From NCBI GenBank assembly GCA_002502965.1, contig DAQS01000006.1, forward strand, positions 77,552 to 141,551: a stretch of 64,000 bases of DNA, written 5' to 3'. Of the stretch, positions 8,861 through 17,392 are shown one piece after another (within the stretch, counting starts at the first letter, position 1; each line of letters starts with the position of its first letter). Source of the stretch: Methanomassiliicoccaceae archaeon UBA381. GTDB taxonomy: Archaea; Thermoplasmatota; Thermoplasmata; Methanomassiliicoccales; Methanomethylophilaceae. The translations under genes were made by a program, and so were the position numbers. The notes beneath the pieces were generated by a model. The model was not told the DNA's origin and made no database searches. It saw only the letters and a list, made by a program, of their open reading frames with translations.

Positions 8861-9889
8861 ATGGGAGTCAACCTCTCTGGCGTCATACAGTGCCGCGAGG
8901 TCGATCTCAGCTTCCTGAGCGGCAAGAAGGTCACCATCGACGCCTATAACACCATCTATCAGTTCCTTTCGATCATAAGACAGCCGGACGGCTTCCCTCT
9001 GTGCGATTCCAAGAACAGGGTGACATCCCATCTTTCCGGGCTTCTGTACAGGACGGCGAATCTCATTGAATACGGAATAGAGCCGTCGTTCGTCTTCGAC
9101 GGCATCCCCCATGAACTGAAGTACACCACTCTGGAACGCCGGAGGTCCCGCAGGGACGATGCGGAGAAGGAATGGGAGAGAGCGATCAGGGAGGGCGACA
9201 TAAAGAAGGCCTTCTCGAAGGCCCAGCAGACGTCCAGGATGACAAACGAGATCAGGGACTCCTCCATGGAGCTCCTGGAGCTTATGGGCATGCCTCTTGT
9301 AAAGGCTCCAAGCGACGGAGAGGCACAGGCGGCGTACATGTGCGCAAAGGAAGACGTATGGGCATCCGCATCCCAGGATTATGACTCCATACTCTTCGGA
9401 GCGCCCAGGCTCGTCAGGAATATGACCATAACCGGGAGAAGGAAGATGCCCGGCAGGGATGAGTACAGGACCGTGAGGACAGAGATCATCGAATCTGAGG
9501 AGGCTCTTCAGCAGATAGGTCTGACACGGGAGCAGCTGGTGGATGCCTGCATCATGATGGGCACGGACTTCAACCCCGGGATCTCCGGCATAGGCCCGAA
9601 GAGAGGCATAAAGCTGATCAGGGACCACGGAAGCCTGGAGGCGGCTCTGAGGCATATTGGCGAGGAGATATCCGAATACGAAGAGATCAGGGAGATATTC
9701 CTTAACGGAGAGTACACGGAAGGGTACGATCTGGCGCCCGGCAATATGGATAGGGAGGGCATAATCGAAATGCTCTCCGGATACGATTTCACAGAGGGCA
9801 GAGTGACCTCGGCCCTGGACAAGATAGACTGTGCCAGAGCCGCGAACAGGGCCAAGAGGCAGCAGAGGTCCCTGGACACCTGGTTCTGA
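8861..9889 (+). CDS. fen: Flap endonuclease 1
   Basis: 342 aa. MGVNLSG...IDAYNTIYQFLS...SHLSGLLYRTANLIEYGI..FVFDG matches the XPG-N/I nuclease family. Confidence 0.95.
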   Translation: MGVNLSGVIQCREVDLSFLSGKKVTIDAYNTIYQFLSIIRQPDGFPLCDSKNRVTSHLSGLLYRTANLIEYGIEPSFVFDGIPHELKYTTLERRRSRRDDAEKEWERAIREGDIKKAFSKAQQTSRMTNEIRDSSMELLELMGMPLVKAPSDGEAQAAYMCAKEDVWASASQDYDSILFGAPRLVRNMTITGRRKMPGRDEYRTVRTEIIESEEALQQIGLTREQLVDACIMMGTDFNPGISGIGPKRGIKLIRDHGSLEAALRHIGEEISEYEEIREIFLNGEYTEGYDLAPGNMDREGIIEMLSGYDFTEGRVTSALDKIDCARAANRAKRQQRSLDTWF

Positions 9890-10040
9890 CCGCGCTTCGC
9901 AGGGATCTTCCCGTGAGCATACAGGCATCATCCTTCCGCACATCTGACTCTTCAGGACGGGATGGTGCTGTTTTATAAACGGCCTACACAATCAGGGGCC
10001 CACGGCCGGGCAAGATATACCCGGTCCGGAGTGGCTGGCG

Positions 10041-12986
10041 ATGATAAAGCAGGTCAGAGCAGATTACAACGCACCGGCAATAGAGAAAGGCGTCCAGGAT
10101 TCCTGGGACAAGAACGACACCTACGAGAAGACGAGGGCCTTCAGGTCAGAGGGGGAGGATTTCTACTTCCTCGACGGCCCGCCGTACACAACGGGCTCCA
10201 TCCATCTCGGGACGGCTATGAACAAGACGATCAAGGACACCCTCATACGCTTCTGGCGCATGAAGGGCTACAACGTCCGCGACCAGCCCGGGTTCGACAT
10301 GCACGGCCTCCCTATCGAGGTTCAGGTGGAGAAGAAGATAGGCGTCCGCTCCAAGAGAGAGATAGAGGAGTTCGGTATCGACAACTTCGTGACCACCTGC
10401 AAGAATTTCGCCCAGGAGCTCCGTGCCAGCATGACGGAGCAGTTCAAGAGGCTAGGCGTTTGGATGGATTGGAAAGACCCGTATCAAACGCTCAAGCCCA
10501 GCTACATAGAGGCCGCATGGTGGACACTTTCCAAGGCCTATGACAAGAACCTCCTTGTATCGGACTCCAGAGTACTGACCTGGTGCCCCAGGTGCGAAAC
10601 CGCCCTGGCCGAGGCGGAGATCGAATATTGGGACGAGAAGGACCCCTCAGTAATGGTGGAGTTCCCTCTGGTGAAGGGAGAAGGATCCCTGTTGATATGG
10701 ACCACCACACCCTGGACGCTCCCGTCGAACATGGCAGTGGCGGCTCATCCCGATTTCGATTACGCCAAAATAAGAATGAAGGACGGCGAACGCTCCAAGA
10801 CCGTGATAATACTTGAATCGCAGGCAGAGCACGTGGCATCCAAGGGAGGATTCTCGGAGACAGAGGTACTCGAGAGGATGAAGGGCAAGGACCTGGAGGG
10901 GCTCGAGTACGTGCCCCCCTTCGATATCGACGACAGATACCGCAGAAAGACCGAATGGAGGCATAAGGTCCTATTGGCGGACTATGTGGAGAAGGACAAC
11001 ACCGGTCTGGTGCACACAGCCCCTGGTTTCGGTCCGGACGATTATGAGACTGGGAAGAAGTACGGATTGGATCCGTTCTGCCCCGTGAACGAGGCGGGCA
11101 GGTTCACAGAGGCCTTCCCTCTCTTGGCAGGGAAGAAGGTCAAGACCGCCGACCCGGACATACTGAAGCATCTGGAAGAGAAGGGCATGCTCTTCGCATC
11201 CGAGAAGACCCAGCACCGCTACGGGCACTGCTGGAGATGCAAATCCCCAATAATATACAGGAACACAAAGCAGTGGTTCCTTAAGGTCACGGATATCAAA
11301 GACAAAATGCTGGCCGAGGTCGACAGGGTCAAATGGGTACCTGACTGGGCCGGAACATCCAGGGAGAGGAACTGGGTGGAGGGCGCCAGGGACTGGTGCG
11401 TATCCAGGCAGAGATACTGGGGGATCCCCATGCCTGTCTGGACGTGCGCCTGCGGTGAGAAGCGCGTTGTGGGCACCTATGAGGAGCTCAGAGAGGGCGA
11501 CGGCTACACAGAGGGCATGGACACCCACAGGCCTTGGATAGACGGCGTCACATTCGAATGTCCCAGATGCGGGGGCGAGATGCACCGTGTACAGGATGTG
11601 CTAGATGTCTGGTTCGACTCGGGCGTGGCCGGATGGGCGGACCTGGGATGGCCCTCCGACAGGGAGCAGTTCGAGAAATGGTGGCCTGCCAGGTTCATAG
11701 TGGAGGCCCACGACCAGACCAGGGGATGGTTCTATTCCCAGCTGGCCGCCGGGGTGATATCCTTCGACAGGGCACCATATGACGAAGTGATGATGCACGG
11801 ATGGGTCCTGGACCCCAAGGGCCAGAAGATGTCCAAGTCCAAAGGCAACGTGATCGACCCCATAGAGATAATCGAGCAGACCGGAGCGGATTCCCTCAGG
11901 TTCTATGTGCTGAGGGCCAACGCCCCGTGGGACGACACGGCCTTCCAGAAGGACGGGCCCAAGAACGGGCGTAAGGTCCTGAACACATACTGGAACGTAG
12001 TGAACTTTGCATCCACTTACATGAACATAGACGGCTACGACCCGGATGCCCACACCCTCGATTCGATGCGGGACAGTCTGAGGGACGAGGACCTCTGGAT
12101 GATATCCAGGACCGAGAAGATGAAAAGGGATGCCACCGCACATCTGGAAGGAAGGGAGCTGCACAAGCTGACCCGTGTTCTGGAAGAGTACATCCTTGAG
12201 GACCTCTCCAGATGGTACGTGCGCCTTGTAAGGGACCGCACATGGTCCGAGGACGAGGACTCCGTGAAGGACAAGAACGCGTCGTACTTCACACTGCACT
12301 ATGCCATAATGAGCACCGCCCTGACCTTGGCCCCAGTATGCCCCCACATAGCGGAGGAGGTCTACCTGCATATGGGAGGCGGTCTGGAGTCGGTCCATAT
12401 GGAGGACTGGCCTTCCTGGGACGAGGGCCTCATAAGGGACGATCTGGAATACAGCATGAAGCTGATACAGGACATAGTGGAGATCATCGCCGCGGAGAGG
12501 CAGAAGATGGGCAGCAAACTCAGATGGCCCCTCAAGTCCGTCACGATACGCGGAGAGAAGGGGACCGTTGACGCCGTCGGCGTGTTCGGCGCTGTGCTGG
12601 CACAGCAGGGTAACATCAAATCGATAGAGTATTCGGGCGAAGCTCCCGGCAAGGAGAATCTCGTTGCAGTCAGCTTCGGACCCGGGGACGTGTTCGTTGA
12701 TTTCGAAGTAACCCCTGAGATAGAGTCCGAGGGATACGCCAGAGAGCTCATACGCCGCATACAGCAGATGCGCAAGGACATGAAGCTGGACGTGGAGGAC
12801 TACATATACTGCGAGATAAAGGCGGAAGAGGACCTTGAAAGGTCCGTTTCCTCCTGGACGGAGCACATAGCCAGAGAGGTCAGGTCAAAGAAGCTGGCCT
12901 TCACGGACAGCCCCGACGGCGAGTCCGTCAAGACCTGGGATGTCTCCGGGAAGGAGATCGTGATCGGGATATCGATCAGCGTGTGA
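10041..12986 (+). CDS. ileS: Isoleucine--tRNA ligase
   Basis: 981 aa. The class I HIGH-type motif is PPYTTGSIHLGTAMNK and the KMSKS motif is QKMSKSKGNV. The CP1 editing region shows archaeal IleRS features. Confidence 0.93.
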   Translation: MIKQVRADYNAPAIEKGVQDSWDKNDTYEKTRAFRSEGEDFYFLDGPPYTTGSIHLGTAMNKTIKDTLIRFWRMKGYNVRDQPGFDMHGLPIEVQVEKKIGVRSKREIEEFGIDNFVTTCKNFAQELRASMTEQFKRLGVWMDWKDPYQTLKPSYIEAAWWTLSKAYDKNLLVSDSRVLTWCPRCETALAEAEIEYWDEKDPSVMVEFPLVKGEGSLLIWTTTPWTLPSNMAVAAHPDFDYAKIRMKDGERSKTVIILESQAEHVASKGGFSETEVLERMKGKDLEGLEYVPPFDIDDRYRRKTEWRHKVLLADYVEKDNTGLVHTAPGFGPDDYETGKKYGLDPFCPVNEAGRFTEAFPLLAGKKVKTADPDILKHLEEKGMLFASEKTQHRYGHCWRCKSPIIYRNTKQWFLKVTDIKDKMLAEVDRVKWVPDWAGTSRERNWVEGARDWCVSRQRYWGIPMPVWTCACGEKRVVGTYEELREGDGYTEGMDTHRPWIDGVTFECPRCGGEMHRVQDVLDVWFDSGVAGWADLGWPSDREQFEKWWPARFIVEAHDQTRGWFYSQLAAGVISFDRAPYDEVMMHGWVLDPKGQKMSKSKGNVIDPIEIIEQTGADSLRFYVLRANAPWDDTAFQKDGPKNGRKVLNTYWNVVNFASTYMNIDGYDPDAHTLDSMRDSLRDEDLWMISRTEKMKRDATAHLEGRELHKLTRVLEEYILEDLSRWYVRLVRDRTWSEDEDSVKDKNASYFTLHYAIMSTALTLAPVCPHIAEEVYLHMGGGLESVHMEDWPSWDEGLIRDDLEYSMKLIQDIVEIIAAERQKMGSKLRWPLKSVTIRGEKGTVDAVGVFGAVLAQQGNIKSIEYSGEAPGKENLVAVSFGPGDVFVDFEVTPEIESEGYARELIRRIQQMRKDMKLDVEDYIYCEIKAEEDLERSVSSWTEHIAREVRSKKLAFTDSPDGESVKTWDVSGKEIVIGISISV

Positions 12987-13758
12987 GCTCCAGAAGGGCC
13001 CTGACGGCCTCCGGGGTACGCTCCACCAGTTTCCCGCAGGATATGACGTCGTCCGGAGAGCAGAGCCTGTAGGCGGTGTTCTCTTTGTTCAGGGACGGGA
13101 CCTTCCCGTCCGCCCTGAATATGAACGGGCGCACCCTCCATATCCTGTTCTTCTCGCGCACGAGTATCGGGTCTATGCTCCCCAGAGGGCTGCCCGCATC
13201 TATCCCTGTCTCCTCCATTATCTCCCTGGCCGCAGCGGTCTCGGGATCCTCTCCCGCCTCTATCTTCCCTGCGCACAGGGACCAGCGGCCGGGATAGGAG
13301 CTTGCCCCCTCGGGGCGCCTGAGCATCAGTATCCTGCCGTCGATCAGTATCACTGAGGAAACGGAATCTATCATCGTCACGCCTTCCAGCTCCACAGTCC
13401 CTTCATCGGCGTCCACTCTGACGGTGTCCCCCGACTTGAACAGTGCCACATCGACGCTGTCCACCATGGGTATCGATGAGATCACTGCACCGGTGGTCAC
13501 TATCGTTTCGGCAGATGCATTGATCACCGCCGCCGGAGCCTTTCCGTGGACCTTCAGATCGTACATCACGAAGGACCCTACAGTGCTGCCCTTGCCCCGT
13601 GGAAAGACCAGGACCTTGCCTGCAACATTGCCGCCGGGGCTCACCTTCAGCTCCCCCGTGGATGCGTCTACTCCCCCCAGGAAGCTGAAGGCGTCCTCTA
13701 TGACAAGAACCTCCCCCTCCGCCTTCCCGGAAGATATGGGCCTTCCCCGGATGATCAT
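12976..13758 (-). CDS. AcnX swivel (DUF126) small subunit of phosphomevalonate dehydratase, fused to a C-terminal Nudix hydrolase domain
   Basis: The ATG at 13758 gives MIIRGRPISSGKAEGEVLVIEDAFSFLGGVDASTGEL...FPRGKGSTVGS, which is DUF126-like. The C-terminal half carries a perfect Nudix box, GKIEAGEDPETAAAREIMEETGI. The start overlaps the upstream stop as ATGA. Confidence 0.85.
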   Translation of the reverse strand: MIIRGRPISSGKAEGEVLVIEDAFSFLGGVDASTGELKVSPGGNVAGKVLVFPRGKGSTVGSFVMYDLKVHGKAPAAVINASAETIVTTGAVISSIPMVDSVDVALFKSGDTVRVDADEGTVELEGVTMIDSVSSVILIDGRILMLRRPEGASSYPGRWSLCAGKIEAGEDPETAAAREIMEETGIDAGSPLGSIDPILVREKNRIWRVRPFIFRADGKVPSLNKENTAYRLCSPDDVISCGKLVERTPEAVRALLELTR

Positions 13759-14927
13759 GATATCACCCTCAGCAGGTCTGCGATGTCCCTGCACATGACC
13801 TTCTGGGAGCAAAGGGTGGGAAGATAGTTCCCTGCCTTACAGGAGTTCGTGCCCGTCCTGTTGAATGCACCCTCTATGGGCGAGACCACCATGCATGTAT
13901 CCGCGAGAACCGGTCCGAACCTCTCCATTATACTCACTTCATCAGGACATCTGGCTCTTACTGATTCGGAAGTGCAGAACCATATCTCCGCATCCCCTTT
14001 CTTCTCCTTTCCCTTGAGCAGCCCGGCGATCTCCTTCATCTCCCTCTCCGAAAGGTGGGGGCACCCGAGGGCTATCAGCTGCACCCCGTCCGCCGTATTC
14101 AGCCTCTCTCTCGCCTCTCTTATCTCGTCATCCCCTATGGTAATGACTTCCAGACCTGAAACGTCCTGGCCCTTGGCCTCGGGAGTGACGCCTTCCACAT
14201 GGAACATCGCCACGGCTCCGGACGCCGCCATTGCCCCGGCCATCGTCTTGGCCTGATCCATATCCGGCCTTATGCCCCTGAAATAGGGCACGCCGCCGCC
14301 TATCCGGGATCCGACTGCCTGTCCCAGAAGGGAGTGCTCGAATATGGAATCCCCTATGCTCGCATCTATGATCACGGTGGGCCTTCTGTTCTCGTCGAGA
14401 TGATAACCATATCTTGCCGTCTTGCCGAGTATGGCCGCGGCAAGGGCGCCCGGACCCCCTTCCCTGTTGGTCCTGGCACCTATCATGGAGTTCACCATCG
14501 AGAGCGCCGAGGACTCCGCCCATGCCACATGGTCACCGAACTTAGGAACGTTCTCTCCGAGATACGGAGTGCATGAACAGGTGGTCCTCACCCCCATCTT
14601 ACCGTACAGCTCCACTATCCTCAGCTGCTTCGCGGCGAAATCCTCAGAGATGTGCATCTCGCCCCATCTCCCCCTGTCCATGCCTATGGGATTAAGCGTA
14701 GATGGCACTTTGACCTTGGACCCTCCCGCGACCATATCCTCGAGATAAAGCAGTCCGCCGTCGCCTATGGTCTTGTAAGATGCGCCCGACAAGTGCGCCG
14801 ATGTTATGTCCACAAGGCCTTCGGCCCCGTATATCCTGCCCAAAGCGACGATGAGCTCCATCGCCTTTCGCGGGCCCTCTCCGGATTCTCCGTTGAGAAT
14901 GGCCTGCTCGCCCTTGCTTAGTTCCAT
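13755..14927 (-). CDS. AcnX catalytic (DUF521) large subunit, phosphomevalonate dehydratase-like
   Basis: The ATG at 14927 gives MELSKGEQAILNGESGEGPRKAMELIV...ITSAHLSGASY...CSCTPYL...AWAESSA, typical of aconitase X large subunits. Confidence 0.88.
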   Translation of the reverse strand: MELSKGEQAILNGESGEGPRKAMELIVALGRIYGAEGLVDITSAHLSGASYKTIGDGGLLYLEDMVAGGSKVKVPSTLNPIGMDRGRWGEMHISEDFAAKQLRIVELYGKMGVRTTCSCTPYLGENVPKFGDHVAWAESSALSMVNSMIGARTNREGGPGALAAAILGKTARYGYHLDENRRPTVIIDASIGDSIFEHSLLGQAVGSRIGGGVPYFRGIRPDMDQAKTMAGAMAASGAVAMFHVEGVTPEAKGQDVSGLEVITIGDDEIREARERLNTADGVQLIALGCPHLSEREMKEIAGLLKGKEKKGDAEIWFCTSESVRARCPDEVSIMERFGPVLADTCMVVSPIEGAFNRTGTNSCKAGNYLPTLCSQKVMCRDIADLLRVIS

Positions 14928-14984
14928 GCACCTGTATCGTTCGGCTCGTAATAATAGCTTTGAGCTGGCAGATGACGTTGGTGG

Positions 14985-15012
14985 GGAAAAATATCGAAGG
15001 GGGCAAAGCCCC
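14985..15012 (-). terminator. GC hairpin (GGGGC-AAA-GCCCC) followed on the minus strand by TTCGATATTTTTCC
   Basis: Read directly. Lies 3' of the 15023..15244 gene. Near-copy of the element at 17351..17378. Confidence 0.45.
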
Positions 15013-15022
15013 GTTTGATCTA

Positions 15023-15244
15023 TCACTCAGAGTAGCGAGCTCCTCCCAGCATGCTGACCGCTGTCAATATGACCGCGGACAGAACGGCGAAGTCCGCACC
15101 GAGGAACCCGGATCCGAAGACTGCGTCCGCCGCGAACTTTATGATGAACAGTATGATCACGAAGAACACGATCGCCAGTACTATCATCACGAGTATGGAC
15201 AGAAGCGCATAGATTATGTCTGTGGCTGTTTTCACGGCACTCAT
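15023..15244 (-). CDS. Small membrane protein, unknown function
   Basis: 73 aa with two hydrophobic helices. A GGAGG lies upstream of the ATG. Confidence 0.45.
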   Translation of the reverse strand: MSAVKTATDIIYALLSILVMIVLAIVFFVIILFIIKFAADAVFGSGFLGADFAVLSAVILTAVSMLGGARYSE

Positions 15245-15365
15245 CGATTCTCACCTCCTTTACGAGAAATGGTGCTAACGTATATTAAAAAAGATGCAGC
15301 ACCAATCGCGTCCAGTCATCCTGTCGCCTGATTTATGATGATGAGATGCCTTCGGAGCATTAATA

Positions 15366-15442
15366 TGGCGGGCATACCGGGATTCGAACCCGGGTCCAAG
15401 GCTCCGGAGGCCCTGATAATATCCTGGCTATAACATATGCCC
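15366..15442 (-). tRNA. tRNA-Arg (anticodon CCG), CCA encoded
   Basis: The minus strand reads GGGCATA..AGGGC-CTCCGGA-GCCTT..CCGGG-TTCGAAT-CCCGG-TATGCCC-G-CCA. Acceptor, anticodon and T arms are canonical. The D arm is AT-rich and I could not pair it cleanly by eye. Confidence 0.8.
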
Positions 15443-15502
15443 CTAGAAGGAAGGGGGTTGGGAATGGGTTTCAGCTCTGAGAATCACAGAGAGGATGGAG
15501 CT

Positions 15503-15703
15503 TCACTCTTTCTTGAACTCTGTGTAACCGCACTTCCCGCAGGAAACACGGTCCTTGTGGGCAGCCATGAAGACACCGGGGCCGCACTTGGGGCACACGG
15601 GCTTGGTCCTCTCCACTTTTCCGTCGGAGACGCTGTATGAGCTCCCCTTCGAGATCGAAGTTGTTTTCTCCTTACCTTTTTTAGCAGCTGCCATCGAGAT
15701 CAC
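15503..15703 (-). CDS. rps27ae: 30S ribosomal protein S27ae
   Basis: 66 aa with the zinc ribbon [26 protein letters not shown]. Confidence 0.9.
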   Translation of the reverse strand: MISMAAAKKGKEKTTSISKGSSYSVSDGKVERTKPVCPKCGPGVFMAAHKDRVSCGKCGYTEFKKE

Positions 15704-16020
15704 TCCGCAGACTGCGTCTCCGCAGGCTTGTACTCGGGCTTGCTTATGCCGTTCCTCTTCAAAATGTGCTCGGACTCGTATTCGAGAGCGGCTTCCTCGG
15801 AATCATAGACCTTGGCGTATCCTGTTGATACACCGCCGCCGTACTTCGTCTCGATGCTCTCGATCACTACGGCGCCCTTCTTGGATTTCATGCCCTTCAC
15901 GATCTCCTCGGCGACCGCTGCGAGCTTGGGCGTTGCCTCTCCCTTGTGGTCTATGGTGAAACGCACTTCCGTCCTTCTGAGGAGAGCGTTGCCTTTCTTT
16001 TCTGTTATTTCCATCTTCAT
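15700..16020 (-). CDS. rps24e: 30S ribosomal protein S24e
   Basis: The ATG at 16020 gives [31 protein letters not shown]. It shares an ATGA overlap with the upstream gene. Confidence 0.9.
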   Translation of the reverse strand: MKMEITEKKGNALLRRTEVRFTIDHKGEATPKLAAVAEEIVKGMKSKKGAVVIESIETKYGGGVSTGYAKVYDSEEAALEYESEHILKRNGISKPEYKPAETQSAE

Positions 16021-16520
16021 TCGTATTCCTCCATTTTGTTCCAGAGCTTTCTTATCTTCTCTTTGATCGCGGCGTCTGTGGTGACGGCCATCATACCTTC
16101 CCCGGGCCATCCGTAGACGATGACCGTGCCGATAGGCGCGAAGAGGATGCAGGGCATAAGTGCCAGATCCTCCTCTCCTTCGACCCGTATTATCGCCGGG
16201 GCCTTCCCTTCCAAAGCGTTTCTCACGGCATCGGCCATCTTCCGGGTTATCTTCCCCGGAGGATTGTCCACCGCCGTCTCGTCCAGCCCCTCGTCCCTGA
16301 CGAGGCGGGCGAAGTCGGTCATCTCCTTCCTCTCCGTCCTTCCGTCATATACGGAAAGCCGGGGGGTTATGCCGACCTTTCTCGCCGTCAACGATACCAC
16401 ATCGCCGACGACGATAGGTGATTCGTATGTTCCTAAATCGTTTTCCTCTATCCGACAGCCTATGGGGGCCTTGAACTCATCCCTTATGCTCTCCGGGATG
16501 GCCCAGCCTCCGGATACCAT
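16017..16520 (-). CDS. DUF359 protein (GTP-dependent dephospho-CoA kinase family)
   Basis: The ATG at 16520 gives MVSGGWAIPESIRDEFKAPIG...PIVVGDVVS...IRVEGEEDLALMP. Its position between spt4 and S24e is the conserved archaeal one. Confidence 0.75.
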   Translation of the reverse strand: MVSGGWAIPESIRDEFKAPIGCRIEENDLGTYESPIVVGDVVSLTARKVGITPRLSVYDGRTERKEMTDFARLVRDEGLDETAVDNPPGKITRKMADAVRNALEGKAPAIIRVEGEEDLALMPCILFAPIGTVIVYGWPGEGMMAVTTDAAIKEKIRKLWNKMEEYE

Positions 16521-16522
16521 CT

Positions 16523-16714
16523 TCAGCGCACCCTCAGAGCATACTTCCCGTTGGAGGTTATGCCCATCTTCTTCGCTATCTCGGATTTGGTGTGGTCTAT
16601 GACCACGAGGTACCCCTGCCATTCCCTGGACATCTGCCCTCCGCAGCGGGGGCACGTGTCCTCGGGGGATATGAAGCTACACACCTTGCAGGCCTTCAGC
16701 GCCGGCCCTGCCAT
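16523..16714 (-). CDS. spt4: Transcription elongation factor Spt4
   Basis: The ATG at 16714 gives MAGPALKACKVCSFISPEDTCPRCGG..SREWQGYLVVID. Confidence 0.85.
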   Translation of the reverse strand: MAGPALKACKVCSFISPEDTCPRCGGQMSREWQGYLVVIDHTKSEIAKKMGITSNGKYALRVR

Positions 16715-17274
16715 TACGCATCCCCCTTCTTGGTGTTGTCCTCGGCTATCCATTCCAGCTTGCCGAGCCCGGGCTGACGCATTGTGAGCCCAATCTTGCT
16801 GTCCTGGGGGTTCTTCTCGTTCAGCTCCATGCTGACGATCCTGGCCCTCACAACGTCGCCTACTGAAAGGGCCCTTCCGGTGTCCTTCCCGATAAGCCTC
16901 TGGTTGTCCAGATCGTAATCCACGCGGTCGTCCATCACCTGACTGATGTGAAGGAGCCCGTCCAGCGGACCGAACCTTATGAAGGCTCCGAACTTCACTA
17001 TCTCGACGACGACGCCCTCGACCACCTCGTTGTCCTTCGGTCTGAATACGAGCTGATCGAATCTGACGGTCTGATAGACCGCTCCGTCACCATGTACGAT
17101 GCGGCCCGGGCCCACAGCCTCCACGTTGTTTATGAGAACGGTCATGGATTTGTCGACGCCCAGTCTTCCCTCGTAGGAGTCCCACGTGAGGGCATCGATA
17201 ACGTTGTCTATATCCTCCTTCAGCTCCGAAGGAGGTATGCGGACTACCCTCTCAGCCTTTGTCATCATGTACAT
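16714..17274 (-). CDS. rpoE: DNA-directed RNA polymerase subunit E' (Rpo7)
   Basis: 186 aa. An S1 domain (GVVVEIVKFGAFIRFGPLDGLLHISQ) follows an Rpo7 N-terminal domain. Confidence 0.9.
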   Translation of the reverse strand: MYMMTKAERVVRIPPSELKEDIDNVIDALTWDSYEGRLGVDKSMTVLINNVEAVGPGRIVHGDGAVYQTVRFDQLVFRPKDNEVVEGVVVEIVKFGAFIRFGPLDGLLHISQVMDDRVDYDLDNQRLIGKDTGRALSVGDVVRARIVSMELNEKNPQDSKIGLTMRQPGLGKLEWIAEDNTKKGDA

Positions 17275-17350
17275 TATTGGGTCCTCTTGAGTACGAAGGG
17301 ATTAAAGCGCTCCTATATAAATCTCATCCACGCGCACGTAAGCGTTGGGT

Positions 17351-17378
17351 AGAAAAATAAGAAGGGGGCTTGGCCCCC
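17351..17378 (-). terminator. GC hairpin (GGGGGC-TTG-GCCCCC) followed on the minus strand by TTCTTATTTTTCT
   Basis: Read directly. Begins about 15 nt 3' of the hppA stop. Confidence 0.5.
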
Positions 17379-17392
17379 GTTTCCTAAGTGTT

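Noticed and set aside
8771-12866. Long minus-strand ORFs 8771..9991 (406 aa) and 11601..12866 (421 aa)
   Set aside because: They are antisense to fen and ileS, whose identities are unambiguous.
15330-15420. ATGATGA (C-box-like) and CTGA (D-box-like) near tRNA-Arg, as a possible C/D sRNA
   Set aside because: The boxes are about 78 nt apart and the span runs antisense through the tRNA gene. There are no C'/D' boxes or terminal stem.
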